From IMG/VR virus record IMGVR_UViG_3300027573_000025: a stretch of 25,881 nucleotides of DNA; one strand, 5' to 3'. Source of the DNA: an uncultured virus (IMG/VR IMGVR_UViG_3300027573_000025) (taxonomy: Duplodnaviria > Heunggongvirae > Uroviricota > Caudoviricetes). Position numbers and translations under genes: made by a program. The notes beneath the pieces were generated by a model. The model worked only from the letters and a program-made list of their open reading frames with translations, had not been told where the DNA came from and ran no database searches. Shown piece by piece: positions 9,327-17,655 of this stretch; positions within the stretch are counted from its first letter, which is position 1, and every line of letters starts with the position of its first letter.

Positions 9327-9994
9327 GCTAGTAACCTCGCTCCCCCGCTTTTCAATGACGGCGCTGCGGCCCCGATAATGCCGCTCCAAAGGTCAGCCTC
9401 GCCCCGCCGGCGTGCCAATCTTTCCTGCTCTTTGTAACTGGCGGCGCCTATCTCCCCTTGGTAATACTCCATTTGCGATGCAATAGCCGAGTTGCGCACA
9501 CTGTCTAGATAGACCAGCATGGGCGAGCCTGAGAATGTGGTGCCCTGCGCTCCCGCCTGAGCGCGTATCTCGCCGAGTTGAGCGCGTCCAACGGCATCTT
9601 TGATGTTCTTGTTCGCCGCGCCAACCATCCTGCTTTGCCGAGCCGCCTCTTTATTATAGGCGGCATTGGTATTGCCGGAAGCGTAGCCGCTTACGCCTTG
9701 GAGTAGAGTTGCTCCCTGTTGCAGATATTGGAGCGTCTGGCCTGCGGTAAGACCAGATGCCCCTGTTTGTGCCGCCGCTGCTGCCTGCGCTGATTCAACA
9801 GCGGCCTGCGTTCCTACTCCCTCCGCCACCGTTGCTGCTCCCCATGATTCTGCTAATGCGCCAGCCCCCACCTCCGAAGCCGCTGCGGCCCCGCCACCTT
9901 GAGCAAACATAGCCGCAAGCCATTCATGGCATTGATGCCGCGTGCCTAGCTGGATGGCGTCGGACATCGAGTTATCGAGTAAGTCGAAATTCAT
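9323..9994 (-). CDS. Small internal virion/ejection protein (T7 gp14-like; 223 aa)
   Basis: Ala/Gly/Gln-rich, with AQLGEIRAQAGAQGTTFSGSP motif and amphipathic C-terminus; follows the GNAT gene as in T7-like phages. Confidence 0.72.
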   Translation of the reverse strand: MNFDLLDNSMSDAIQLGTRHQCHEWLAAMFAQGGGAAAASEVGAGALAESWGAATVAEGVGTQAAVESAQAAAAAQTGASGLTAGQTLQYLQQGATLLQGVSGYASGNTNAAYNKEAARQSRMVGAANKNIKDAVGRAQLGEIRAQAGAQGTTFSGSPMLVYLDSVRNSAIASQMEYYQGEIGAASYKEQERLARRRGEADLWSGIIGAAAPSLKSGGARLLA

Positions 9995-10440
9995 TGCGCC
10001 CTCACCATCAATTTCATATCCGGCGTAAGTTTCTTAAACACTTCGGGATATTTGCATTCATCCGGTTTCACATACTTAAAACCTAGCGCCACAAGCCACC
10101 GCTCATTCTCGGGCTTGCAAGCGGCATAGACCTCATCGAGCTTTACCGAGTGCTTGTCGAGTAACTGCTTTACTAGCCGGTGCATGGTCAGCGGGTAAAC
10201 GCGCCTGAGTAACGGCGTGAAGTAAGTCCATGCCTCACCTATCCCTGGACGCTGCACCGACAAGCCCGCGGCGCCTATCGCCATGCCGTGCAGGTAAACG
10301 GTGTAGCCGGGACCGCTTTCCTGCGCCCGCCATGCCATGCGGTACAGCTCCTCGTCGGCATCGGGCACGATGTCGAATAAATGAGCGGCGCGGAATGGTA
10401 TCAGTTGGAGCTTCGTAAAATCACCTTTGTCGTTCTGCAA
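9991..10440 (-). CDS. GNAT-fold acetyltransferase-like virion assembly protein (T7 gp13-like position); start uncertain (TTG 10440 or ACG 10416)
   Basis: LIPFRAAHL, AIGAAGL...GIGEAW and ERWLVALGF motifs; synteny between the nozzle and the gp14-like gene. Confidence 0.75.
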   Translation of the reverse strand: MQNDKGDFTKLQLIPFRAAHLFDIVPDADEELYRMAWRAQESGPGYTVYLHGMAIGAAGLSVQRPGIGEAWTYFTPLLRRVYPLTMHRLVKQLLDKHSVKLDEVYAACKPENERWLVALGFKYVKPDECKYPEVFKKLTPDMKLMVRAQ

Positions 10441-10634
10441 AACTTGCAGCGCCTATAATGCTTGTCATGTCAGCCCTTGTACTCGAATACTCCTATGTTG
10501 CCGCAATGAGAACAGCGTTTGTAAGTCGTCACGTCCTTTACCCGCCACGGCACGCGCATATTGGGGTATCTCCCCTGCGCATCCGGCATTAACTGGCGCA
10601 CCTCCCCGGTGTCTGGGTTCTCGACAATAATCAT
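10401..10634 (-). pseudogene. Small zinc-ribbon ORF interrupted by an in-frame TGA (54 aa to TGA 10470-10472; 77 aa if read through)
   Basis: Hand translation from ATG 10634 (TAATG overlap): MIIVENPDTGEVRQLMPDAQGRYPNMRVPWRVKDVTTYKRCSHCGNIGVFEYKG*HDKHYRRCKFCRTTKVILRSSN*. The second CxxC lies after the TGA. Confidence 0.6.
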
Positions 10635-11590
10635 TAAACCACCGGGATATTGAGAAACGACACCGCTCCTACGGCATCAACTATCGTCACGACAATCGGC
10701 ACGCCGATAGGTGACACGCAACATTGCTCATCGACTATCGCCTGAGTTCTCACGTCGATGTAAGTCGTGTAATCGACATAGCCGGCGTTGCCGTAATTGC
10801 CGCCCACCTGACAAGCCCCGCGTGCTATCGGGAAATTGACTGTCTCGCTAAATGCCGGTGCGCCGCTCCATACCGTACCGTTGACGCCATTCTTGCCGGC
10901 AATGGCGGCAACACCAGTTACCGATCCGCTCTTACCGCCGTCCACGGTGCACTTAAAATCGTATGACACCCAACTGGTAATATCGTTAGGGTAGGTCGGT
11001 CCCGGCGTGCCTATTTCCGTGCCACCGTAATCGACCGTCACATAATGCTGCGTGTCTGCTGCCAGGTCGTCGCCGATAGGGTGCGGATAAGCGCCCACAC
11101 CCTGCACCGTCATCACCGAGCCTTCCAGCAATGGACTGGTAATTGCCCCTATGTTCATATTCAAGCCAAGACAGTCGAGCGACCGTAGAAATGTCTGCGT
11201 GACTATCTCTGTCTTCATCGGCTCACCGCTGCCCAGGCAAGGCGATAATCCGGCGCAGTCATTACACCCGTACTGCAACACCGGCTGAAAGAAGTTTATC
11301 AGTGCGCCTAATTCATGGATCGCTAGCGTTGCCGTGCGCGTGCCCGTAACCGTCAGGAATCCCCCGGTTGCCACCCAGATAAACGGCGGTGCCCCGCCCT
11401 CTATAGTTAGCTCAAGCGAGTAGTCGGCAAATGTGCAACTAAGAGCCAGCTTATTGCCGCTAATTGAAAGTGGCGATATCGGGCAAGGCGGGTCCGGGCA
11501 AGCCACTGGCCCCTGCGGTTCGCCGCATAGCGTCGGGTCGCTGCCGCCGCCGGTAAAGGTATTCCAGCCTATTGGTGTCTGTACCGCCAT
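10634..11590 (-). CDS. Cys/Gly/Pro-rich beta-rich tail-associated protein (318 aa), possible Ig-like segments
   Basis: Tightly coupled ORF after the nozzle. LTIEGGAPPFIW and IVVTIVDAVGA resemble Ig-like/He_PIG strands; 13 Cys; no signal peptide. Confidence 0.6.
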   Translation of the reverse strand: MAVQTPIGWNTFTGGGSDPTLCGEPQGPVACPDPPCPISPLSISGNKLALSCTFADYSLELTIEGGAPPFIWVATGGFLTVTGTRTATLAIHELGALINFFQPVLQYGCNDCAGLSPCLGSGEPMKTEIVTQTFLRSLDCLGLNMNIGAITSPLLEGSVMTVQGVGAYPHPIGDDLAADTQHYVTVDYGGTEIGTPGPTYPNDITSWVSYDFKCTVDGGKSGSVTGVAAIAGKNGVNGTVWSGAPAFSETVNFPIARGACQVGGNYGNAGYVDYTTYIDVRTQAIVDEQCCVSPIGVPIVVTIVDAVGAVSFLNIPVV

Positions 11591-11591
11591 G

Positions 11592-14500
11592 CTACACCTT
11601 CTTGAACATCAGCATGTGCGAGTCTTGGTGCACCACCAAGGGAGTCGCGTTGGTCACGTTCTGCGCCACTTGGAACGTCAAGTTGCCGGCGTTGGCGCCG
11701 TTACGCACCGTGAAGTGGAACACGCCGGAGGTATCGAAACCCGCCGATACCGAGTAAACGAGTTCAGTCGATAAATCGTAAGCTAGGTAGCCATAAGAGG
11801 CGTCGAACCATTTGCCCTCTGCCAACGCAGGACCGACAAACGTAAACTTCATATCGGGGGTCGCGCTAGCGCATTCGTAGCGCAAGACTACATGCCCGAC
11901 GTAGGTGGCGTTGGCTTCCATCAACAGCGACATATCGGTGTCGGTCAGCGTGTCGTTGGTCAGGTTCAAGTCTGCGGCTTGGTTTGCAATCATGGCTTCC
12001 TCTTCTACTGGCGGGGTTATTGTTCCGGCATCGACTATCTGGATAGCGGCTACGCATTCATTGGCAATGGAAATATCGGTGTCAAGCACGATCCAGGTAA
12101 TGATCGGCACGCCATTGACCGATATGGTGTAACTGTCGGCGTTGGTATCGCTCGCCTCTATCCTGAGAATATCGCCCTGCACCAAGGTTGCCGCCACTGA
12201 GGTCAGCACCGTGCCGATGGCGGTAAGCGGCTGGTTCTGGTACAGCACCAAGGCAATCACGTTCTGGTCCGGTAAGTACAATGCCGCCAAGCCTGTGAAT
12301 GCCAGCTCGTCAGCCGTAGTCGTTACCCGGATAGCGATACCCGCCGCCTCGGTGCCGTCGTCATACATCATCTGAGCAAACTGCCCGAACGGGCAAGTAT
12401 GCCCGCATTCCCGCGAGAAGCTGCCGAATACCGCAGCGTTGTTGTCCGTAGCGTTATCGCCAAAGCCGGGATTCTCGTCCACCGTTTCACAGCACCATTC
12501 CGTGCCTATCTCCAGGTCGCCGACGATATTCATCACCTCTGCCGGGAATGGCAAAGTCTGTTTGAATGACACCCGACAGAATGGATTGTAATTAGTCTGC
12601 TCGGTACATAATTTACCCTCTTGGAGCGGGATAGCCGCGTCCATGGGGTGATCGGGTCTGAGTATCGGCAAGCCGACATTGGCGCTGTCGTCCACGTTGA
12701 GAGTCAGCCCTGGTCCCGCCCTGCGCACGCGCATACCTAGCGCCTTCCAGCGCCGGCACATAAACATGCCGCCCTGCTCAGGCGGTATCAGCGGCTCGCA
12801 TGTCAGCCCTTCGGACTCGTAGGCAAGCCCGTACTCCACCTGACCTACGGTAATGGCAGGCTCAAGGGTAAATTGCCCGCCGGTCACTACGGCATCGCTG
12901 AATAGCATACCGTCGCCAACGACTTTAACCGTGGCGCCCTCTAGGTGGCCGGCGCCGGTAACAACCAGGCTGGTATTAGGGACCGCCACCACCGCGCAGT
13001 CAGTCTGAAGGCTGTGCCACTCACGATTAAGGTCGGCATCCGGTTCCATGTGTTCGATGAAAGTCTCGGTCACGCCGTTAATGTCCCGCTCGATACTGGC
13101 CCAAAGCCAGTCCTTGCCGCTGGAGGGTCGGGGTATGCAGGCAACGCTGGTCACTTCGCCGGTAGTCGGGTGAGTCGACCATGCAATGACGTTCTCGTCC
13201 TCTTGGTAGGTCAGCGCCAAAAGCATTCCATCGTCGCGCACTAGCCAAACAATCGAGTCGGGTTCCTGTTGGAATGCCGCGTCCATCAGGGAGTTATCTT
13301 CGGTCAGGTGCTCGGCTAAGGTAAGAAGCGAAGGCGACTTGAACTTGTCGGTTACGAAATCAAAGACCAGCTCCCTGATTTTCTTCTGTCCAAACTGCAC
13401 ATGAATAAGCTGCCCGCCGATACGGATAGGCGGGATGTTGGCGCTACCTCTGCTTGAGATAGGCAACACCGTGAAGTCTGAAGGTGATAGCGCCTTGCCA
13501 GGGGTCGATGCCGTTACCTCATACGCGCTGCCGCCGGTGCCTACTTGGAGCGAGCGCACCGCCTTAATCCAACGGATAGGGTTTACCTGGTCGTCGTCAA
13601 TGGTGCGCTGGATAGCATCGTCGGCATTGGCGCCCTTTGAGAAGTTCTCGAAGTCGCCGCTTACGCTGCCGTTGATAGTCTGTCCCTTGCACAGCCACAT
13701 ACGCGACTGGAAGAAGCAGCCGCACACCGGATAACCGAGCACGTCGCTCCATGCTTCGACCTCGATGCCCCATACCGTCGTGCTTGGCGGGTCGCCATAC
13801 GGTAAGCCGCTGGCCGGATCGTTAGGCACGTCAATAAGCGTATTCAGGATGACGCCGTTCATCTTGGCGCCATTGATATAGGCGGTGAGCTTTATCAGCC
13901 CGCCGTATATCGTCATGTACTTGTTGACATCGGACGGACGGAAAATGTTAGCGCCGGCGTCTAGTCCCACGCCTTGCCCGGCAAGCCGATTGGTAGGGTC
14001 TACGGCTATGGCGCCAAAGCCCTCGAAGTGCCATTCGTCCTGGGCTATCGACGTGCCGATAAAGTCGCTGACAACATCGGCGACGAGGATATTGGCGGAA
14101 GTAAAGGCGGTAATGACAGCCCTGCCGGCGGCGCTTACCAGTGTGCGCCCAACATCGCCGTTAAGCCAACATGCGTTAGCCGCCGTGATGGTGATACCGT
14201 CGCCGGTTACAGCCGAGAGCGTCAAGGTGGCGCTGTTAAGTTCGGTGCCGGTAGGCGAGTCGAGACTGGTTGCCGGCGGGTTAAACGATACCGCGCTTAA
14301 AGTGAACTCATCAGGCGAGACCGCTATTCTGGCGAGCTTCTGCACCGGGTAAATGCCGGTGCAGAGATACATGACATCGGCGCTTTGAAAGCTGCCTATC
14401 TTGATAAGGTCCAGGTCGGCAATGCCGAACGGGGTCACTAGCTCATGGGGAATTGCCGGGTTAACCGGGTCCATGAGCGGAACGCCGTCTTTGAAGAATC

Positions 14501-14780
14501 GCACATAGAAGTCGCCGAACTCAAGCATGTAAGCTTGAGTTGACGAGAAGCGGAAGTCTATCAGCCTGACATCGGCATTCTCCAGCCCGCTATATTTAGC
14601 CTTGGCGCTATAGGCAAACCCTTCACGCCGCTTGACACCGCCCATGGTAACGGGGAGCCAGTTTCGAAGGATACGGCAAGCCGACGAATACTTCTCGGTC
14701 TTGTCCTGGCGTGCCTCGAAACGCGGGGAGACTTCGCCGACATTGAGCGCAAAGTTAATTCTGGAGACATTGAACGCCAT
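11592..14780 (-). CDS. Tail tubular protein B / nozzle (T7 gp12-like) with ~300-aa C-terminal extension (1062 aa)
   Basis: NFALNVGEVSPRFEARQD, MGGVKRREGF, YMLEFGDFYVRF, QSADVMY, GYPVCGCFFQSRMW, IRELVFDF, FQQEPDSIVWLVRDDG and AWSTH motifs characteristic of podovirus nozzle proteins. Confidence 0.88.
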   Translation of the reverse strand: MAFNVSRINFALNVGEVSPRFEARQDKTEKYSSACRILRNWLPVTMGGVKRREGFAYSAKAKYSGLENADVRLIDFRFSSTQAYMLEFGDFYVRFFKDGVPLMDPVNPAIPHELVTPFGIADLDLIKIGSFQSADVMYLCTGIYPVQKLARIAVSPDEFTLSAVSFNPPATSLDSPTGTELNSATLTLSAVTGDGITITAANACWLNGDVGRTLVSAAGRAVITAFTSANILVADVVSDFIGTSIAQDEWHFEGFGAIAVDPTNRLAGQGVGLDAGANIFRPSDVNKYMTIYGGLIKLTAYINGAKMNGVILNTLIDVPNDPASGLPYGDPPSTTVWGIEVEAWSDVLGYPVCGCFFQSRMWLCKGQTINGSVSGDFENFSKGANADDAIQRTIDDDQVNPIRWIKAVRSLQVGTGGSAYEVTASTPGKALSPSDFTVLPISSRGSANIPPIRIGGQLIHVQFGQKKIRELVFDFVTDKFKSPSLLTLAEHLTEDNSLMDAAFQQEPDSIVWLVRDDGMLLALTYQEDENVIAWSTHPTTGEVTSVACIPRPSSGKDWLWASIERDINGVTETFIEHMEPDADLNREWHSLQTDCAVVAVPNTSLVVTGAGHLEGATVKVVGDGMLFSDAVVTGGQFTLEPAITVGQVEYGLAYESEGLTCEPLIPPEQGGMFMCRRWKALGMRVRRAGPGLTLNVDDSANVGLPILRPDHPMDAAIPLQEGKLCTEQTNYNPFCRVSFKQTLPFPAEVMNIVGDLEIGTEWCCETVDENPGFGDNATDNNAAVFGSFSRECGHTCPFGQFAQMMYDDGTEAAGIAIRVTTTADELAFTGLAALYLPDQNVIALVLYQNQPLTAIGTVLTSVAATLVQGDILRIEASDTNADSYTISVNGVPIITWIVLDTDISIANECVAAIQIVDAGTITPPVEEEAMIANQAADLNLTNDTLTDTDMSLLMEANATYVGHVVLRYECASATPDMKFTFVGPALAEGKWFDASYGYLAYDLSTELVYSVSAGFDTSGVFHFTVRNGANAGNLTFQVAQNVTNATPLVVHQDSHMLMFKKV

Positions 14781-15394
14781 CAGTAATTGCCATAACCACC
14801 ATTCCGCACGTCGATAAAGTCAGTCGATACCTCTATCTCGCGGTTCCCTTCGCCCTCGTCCACGCCCACGGCTTCATCAAACTCACGGTAGGCGTCCATC
14901 AGGAACTTCTCGGCTAGTTTCACGTCCTTGCCGAATGAGGCGGCAAGCCGTGACGCTAGAAGCGCCGCGCACGCATTGAATAGCAGCCGGTCCCACCTAT
15001 TCACGTCGGTAATGTTGGCTTGGTAGATAATGGCGGCGTTCTCCAAGTGGCAGTACAGAACGCGCTTGCCTTCGCTGTCCACTTCCCAGGAAAAGACATG
15101 GCGCTGATTAGTATACGGGAAACAGATAAGCCGGCGCACCGCTAGGCAGTCCGATGGTGTGCGGTAGGCGTAGGTCCACTCCCCGAGGCTTTCGTTGTTG
15201 GCGGTAAGCGATAAGGTCGCCCGGCGCCGCGCACAATTCCAGTCGCGCATTCTTAGGACTTGCTCCTTGGTATTTGCCAAGTGCGCGTTGATTGCCACCA
15301 CCGTCTTGTTGTTTAATGAGGTCAGCAGCGACGGCACGGAGTCTTGTCCGATAAGTGCCAGGGCCTGATTAGCTAGGTCGGTGTCTGTGCTCAT
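14780..15394 (-). CDS. Tail tubular protein A / adaptor (T7 gp11-like; 204 aa)
   Basis: DLANQALALIG, VLRMRDWNCARRRATL, WTYAYRTPSDCL and ALLASRLA motifs; directly upstream of tubular B. Confidence 0.88.
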   Translation of the reverse strand: MSTDTDLANQALALIGQDSVPSLLTSLNNKTVVAINAHLANTKEQVLRMRDWNCARRRATLSLTANNESLGEWTYAYRTPSDCLAVRRLICFPYTNQRHVFSWEVDSEGKRVLYCHLENAAIIYQANITDVNRWDRLLFNACAALLASRLAASFGKDVKLAEKFLMDAYREFDEAVGVDEGEGNREIEVSTDFIDVRNGGYGNY

Positions 15395-16524
15395 ATAATT
15401 ACCTTAATCGGTGCGCCGCCGGTGGTTAGAACATGGATTTGCTTTGCACTGGAAATGACAACCTTGACCGTGGTGCCGCTGTCGGTAAGCACCGTGCAGG
15501 CAATGCCATTCGGCGCTATTAAGACTTCAACTTCATCGCCGTCGGATATGGCGAACGGTCCCTGCAAGATGGCGTCAGCGCCGGTGATGGTGTAAGTGCC
15601 AGGTTCAAGGTTGAGAGCGCGACCTACCAAAGCCGTTAAATCGGCTCCGGTAATGGCATAAGTGCCGGCTTCCAAGTCAAGCGTCCGGCCCGCTATAGGC
15701 GTTAAGACTGTGCCGGTGACGGTGTAACTGCCAGCCTCTAATTCAAGCGTCCTAGCCGCCAGCGTCGTTAAGTCAGCTCCAGTGACAACGTAGGTGCCAG
15801 CCTCAAGGTTGAGATCGTAGGCGGTCGGCGTGCCGCTGTGATCCAGTGTGGCTTCCGCGCCACTAAGAACATAACTCCCCGCTTCAAGGTCGAGCGAGTA
15901 AGCGTTGATTGCCGGCTTATCCGGCCTAAACATCGTCGGTGGACGATAGGCAATGCGAATCTTCGAGTACGGGTTAGGCCAGTCGTGTTGTAGAAACGGC
16001 TTCTGTTTTTCCGGCAGTCGTACCGTGTAGCCGTAAGCCGCAAAGTTTAACGGTCGAGGGTTTGGATTAGGCCAGTCGGTTTTGGCGAATGGCGCCAGTG
16101 TTACGGGAACGTAGACGGTCGTTAAGTCGGCACCAGTTAGGGCGTAACTGCCGGCTTCGAGGTTTAGCGACCGAGCAGCCAGCGGTGTGAGATCGGCGCC
16201 CGTAGTGGCGTAAGTGCCAGCTTCGAGATTCAGGCTGCGAGCGGCTAACGAGGTGAGATCAGCGCCGGTTATCGCATACGATCCCGCTTCAAGGTTAAGT
16301 GAATGAGCAACTGCGGGTTTAAGGGTTGTCGCATTGAGATTCGGGATGGGCTGGGCAAGGATCGCCGCCATCGCCGACGTAGCAATAATTTTGGTGACTA
16401 GGGGAATACGCCTAACTTGAACGCCTGGAGCGCCGTATGTTTTACCTAAAAGATTCTGGACCCATCCAATTTCATTGGCCTGGTTGTATCTTTTCGGTGG
16501 CGGTCGGTAAGAGTTGAATGGCAT
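15391..16524 (-). CDS. Repeat-containing fibre/scaffold-like structural protein (377 aa)
   Basis: Start reassigned to ATG 16524, just after the upstream TAA. Eight ~22-aa repeats LxLEAG(S/T)YxxTGADL and two PFxxxDWPNP motifs. Confidence 0.7.
   Translation of the reverse strand: MPFNSYRPPPKRYNQANEIGWVQNLLGKTYGAPGVQVRRIPLVTKIIATSAMAAILAQPIPNLNATTLKPAVAHSLNLEAGSYAITGADLTSLAARSLNLEAGTYATTGADLTPLAARSLNLEAGSYALTGADLTTVYVPVTLAPFAKTDWPNPNPRPLNFAAYGYTVRLPEKQKPFLQHDWPNPYSKIRIAYRPPTMFRPDKPAINAYSLDLEAGSYVLSGAEATLDHSGTPTAYDLNLEAGTYVVTGADLTTLAARTLELEAGSYTVTGTVLTPIAGRTLDLEAGTYAITGADLTALVGRALNLEPGTYTITGADAILQGPFAISDGDEVEVLIAPNGIACTVLTDSGTTVKVVISSAKQIHVLTTGGAPIKVII
15557..16302 (-). repeat. Degenerate 66-nt (22-aa) coding tandem repeats, in clusters of 3 and 5 units
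   Basis: SLNLEAGSYAITGADLTSLAAR / SLNLEAGTYATTGADLTPLAAR / SLNLEAGSYALTGADLTTVYVP, then five more (SLDLEAG, DLNLEAG, TLELEAG, TLDLEAG, ALNLEPG). Confidence 0.9.
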
Positions 16525-16525
16525 C

Positions 16526-17248
16526 TTAGAACCATGACATCGTAGATAAAGGTAATGGCAGAGACACAACTCCCATAGCAGCATAGGACAGGCCATTGCC
16601 ACTGTTATAAAGAGTCGTAATCTCAGCCGAAGAAAGAACCCGTTTCCAAATCCCTACCTGATCCAAATCGCCGTTTAAGAAAGCTGCATCAGTACCAAGC
16701 GAACCAACGCGAAATTCCGCTGATCCAGCTAATACGCCGGTTGTGTGTGACGCAGTTTGCGCCGCCGCTCCGTTCAATGACACCCCAATCAGATTGTTTA
16801 CGCTATCGTGATAAGCGACAACAAAACCATAAGTGCCGCTGCTAATACTCGCCGTTGTAACAGCGGTTTTCACTGCCACGCCATTGTTAGAAACTCTAAA
16901 TTCTGCCTTAGCGACAGTGGTATCGTTTATCTCTACCATATATTCACGATTGTCAGTTGCGCCATTCCATTTCGACACAAAACATTGCTGCACACCGCCG
17001 CCCGCTGAAACGATTTTGATCCACAGTGCGATACTAAAATCAATGTCACCCATCTGTAGGCTGGTATTACTGGCATGTTTTAGAGTTTGAGAACTTGAAG
17101 ATACAAAATGTGATCCATTACCTACCTTGCCGGTTACGGATGTTACAGTATTAACGTCTGTCAAATTGTTTGCCGCACCCACAGCATCAACAAGAATGGC
17201 ACCAGACTCAAACTCAAAAAACGATATTAGATTGTCAGTCAAAGCCAT
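16526..17248 (-). CDS. LamG / concanavalin-A-like lectin domain protein (240 aa)
   Basis: LISFFEFE, GKVGNG, DFSIALWIK and FLNGDLDQVGIWKRVLSSAEITTLYNSGNG are the standard LamG-3 pattern. Confidence 0.88.
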   Translation of the reverse strand: MALTDNLISFFEFESGAILVDAVGAANNLTDVNTVTSVTGKVGNGSHFVSSSSQTLKHASNTSLQMGDIDFSIALWIKIVSAGGGVQQCFVSKWNGATDNREYMVEINDTTVAKAEFRVSNNGVAVKTAVTTASISSGTYGFVVAYHDSVNNLIGVSLNGAAAQTASHTTGVLAGSAEFRVGSLGTDAAFLNGDLDQVGIWKRVLSSAEITTLYNSGNGLSYAAMGVVSLPLPLSTMSWF

Positions 17249-17251
17249 AGT

Positions 17252-17572
17252 TTATCTTAATTTGTTGAACGCCTGTAAAATCGCCGCCTTGACGTTGCTG
17301 ACACTTGAATCAGTATCGAGTTTGCTTTGCACGGATAACAGTTCGTTGAATGCTTCATGCGCAATCGTATCAGTCGGAAAGCCGTATTGAATTCTAATTT
17401 CGGCATAGTGCGCATCAGCAGAACCATCGCCATCAATCATCAATTGCATGTTGGCGATTTCGTTGTTTAGTCCATCGGTTCCGTAAAGAGCCGAATTTAG
17501 ATTTCCCATGATGTTATTGAGCCGAATCGAACGAGACTTACTTGGATCGTGTGGTAAATATGTGAATGCCAT
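17252..17572 (-). CDS. Hypothetical helical protein (106 aa)
   Basis: Strong RBS (AGGAGG) upstream of ATG; fills the gap to the LamG gene; no recognisable motif. Confidence 0.75.
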   Translation of the reverse strand: MAFTYLPHDPSKSRSIRLNNIMGNLNSALYGTDGLNNEIANMQLMIDGDGSADAHYAEIRIQYGFPTDTIAHEAFNELLSVQSKLDTDSSVSNVKAAILQAFNKLR

Positions 17573-17580
17573 GTGCCCTC

Positions 17581-17655
17581 CTACTGTGCTTTGATAATCA
17601 AATTAGTTGGGGATGATGGCGCCGCCCCTGCGACGAAAGGGACTTCATTGTTCAT
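17581..17655 (-). pseudogene. 24-aa mini-ORF, possibly a C-terminal remnant of a fibronectin-III-type gene
   Basis: Hand translation MNNEVPFVAGAAPSSPTNLIIKAQ*; TGATG-coupled to the upstream gene; resembles the SNEV...PxxPTNL pattern at FN3 domain boundaries. Confidence 0.4.

Noticed and set aside
15557..16302. CRISPR array or DGR template/variable repeat
   Set aside because: The repeats are in-frame, degenerate at synonymous positions and lack spacers. No adenine-specific repeat pair or reverse transcriptase was seen in the window.
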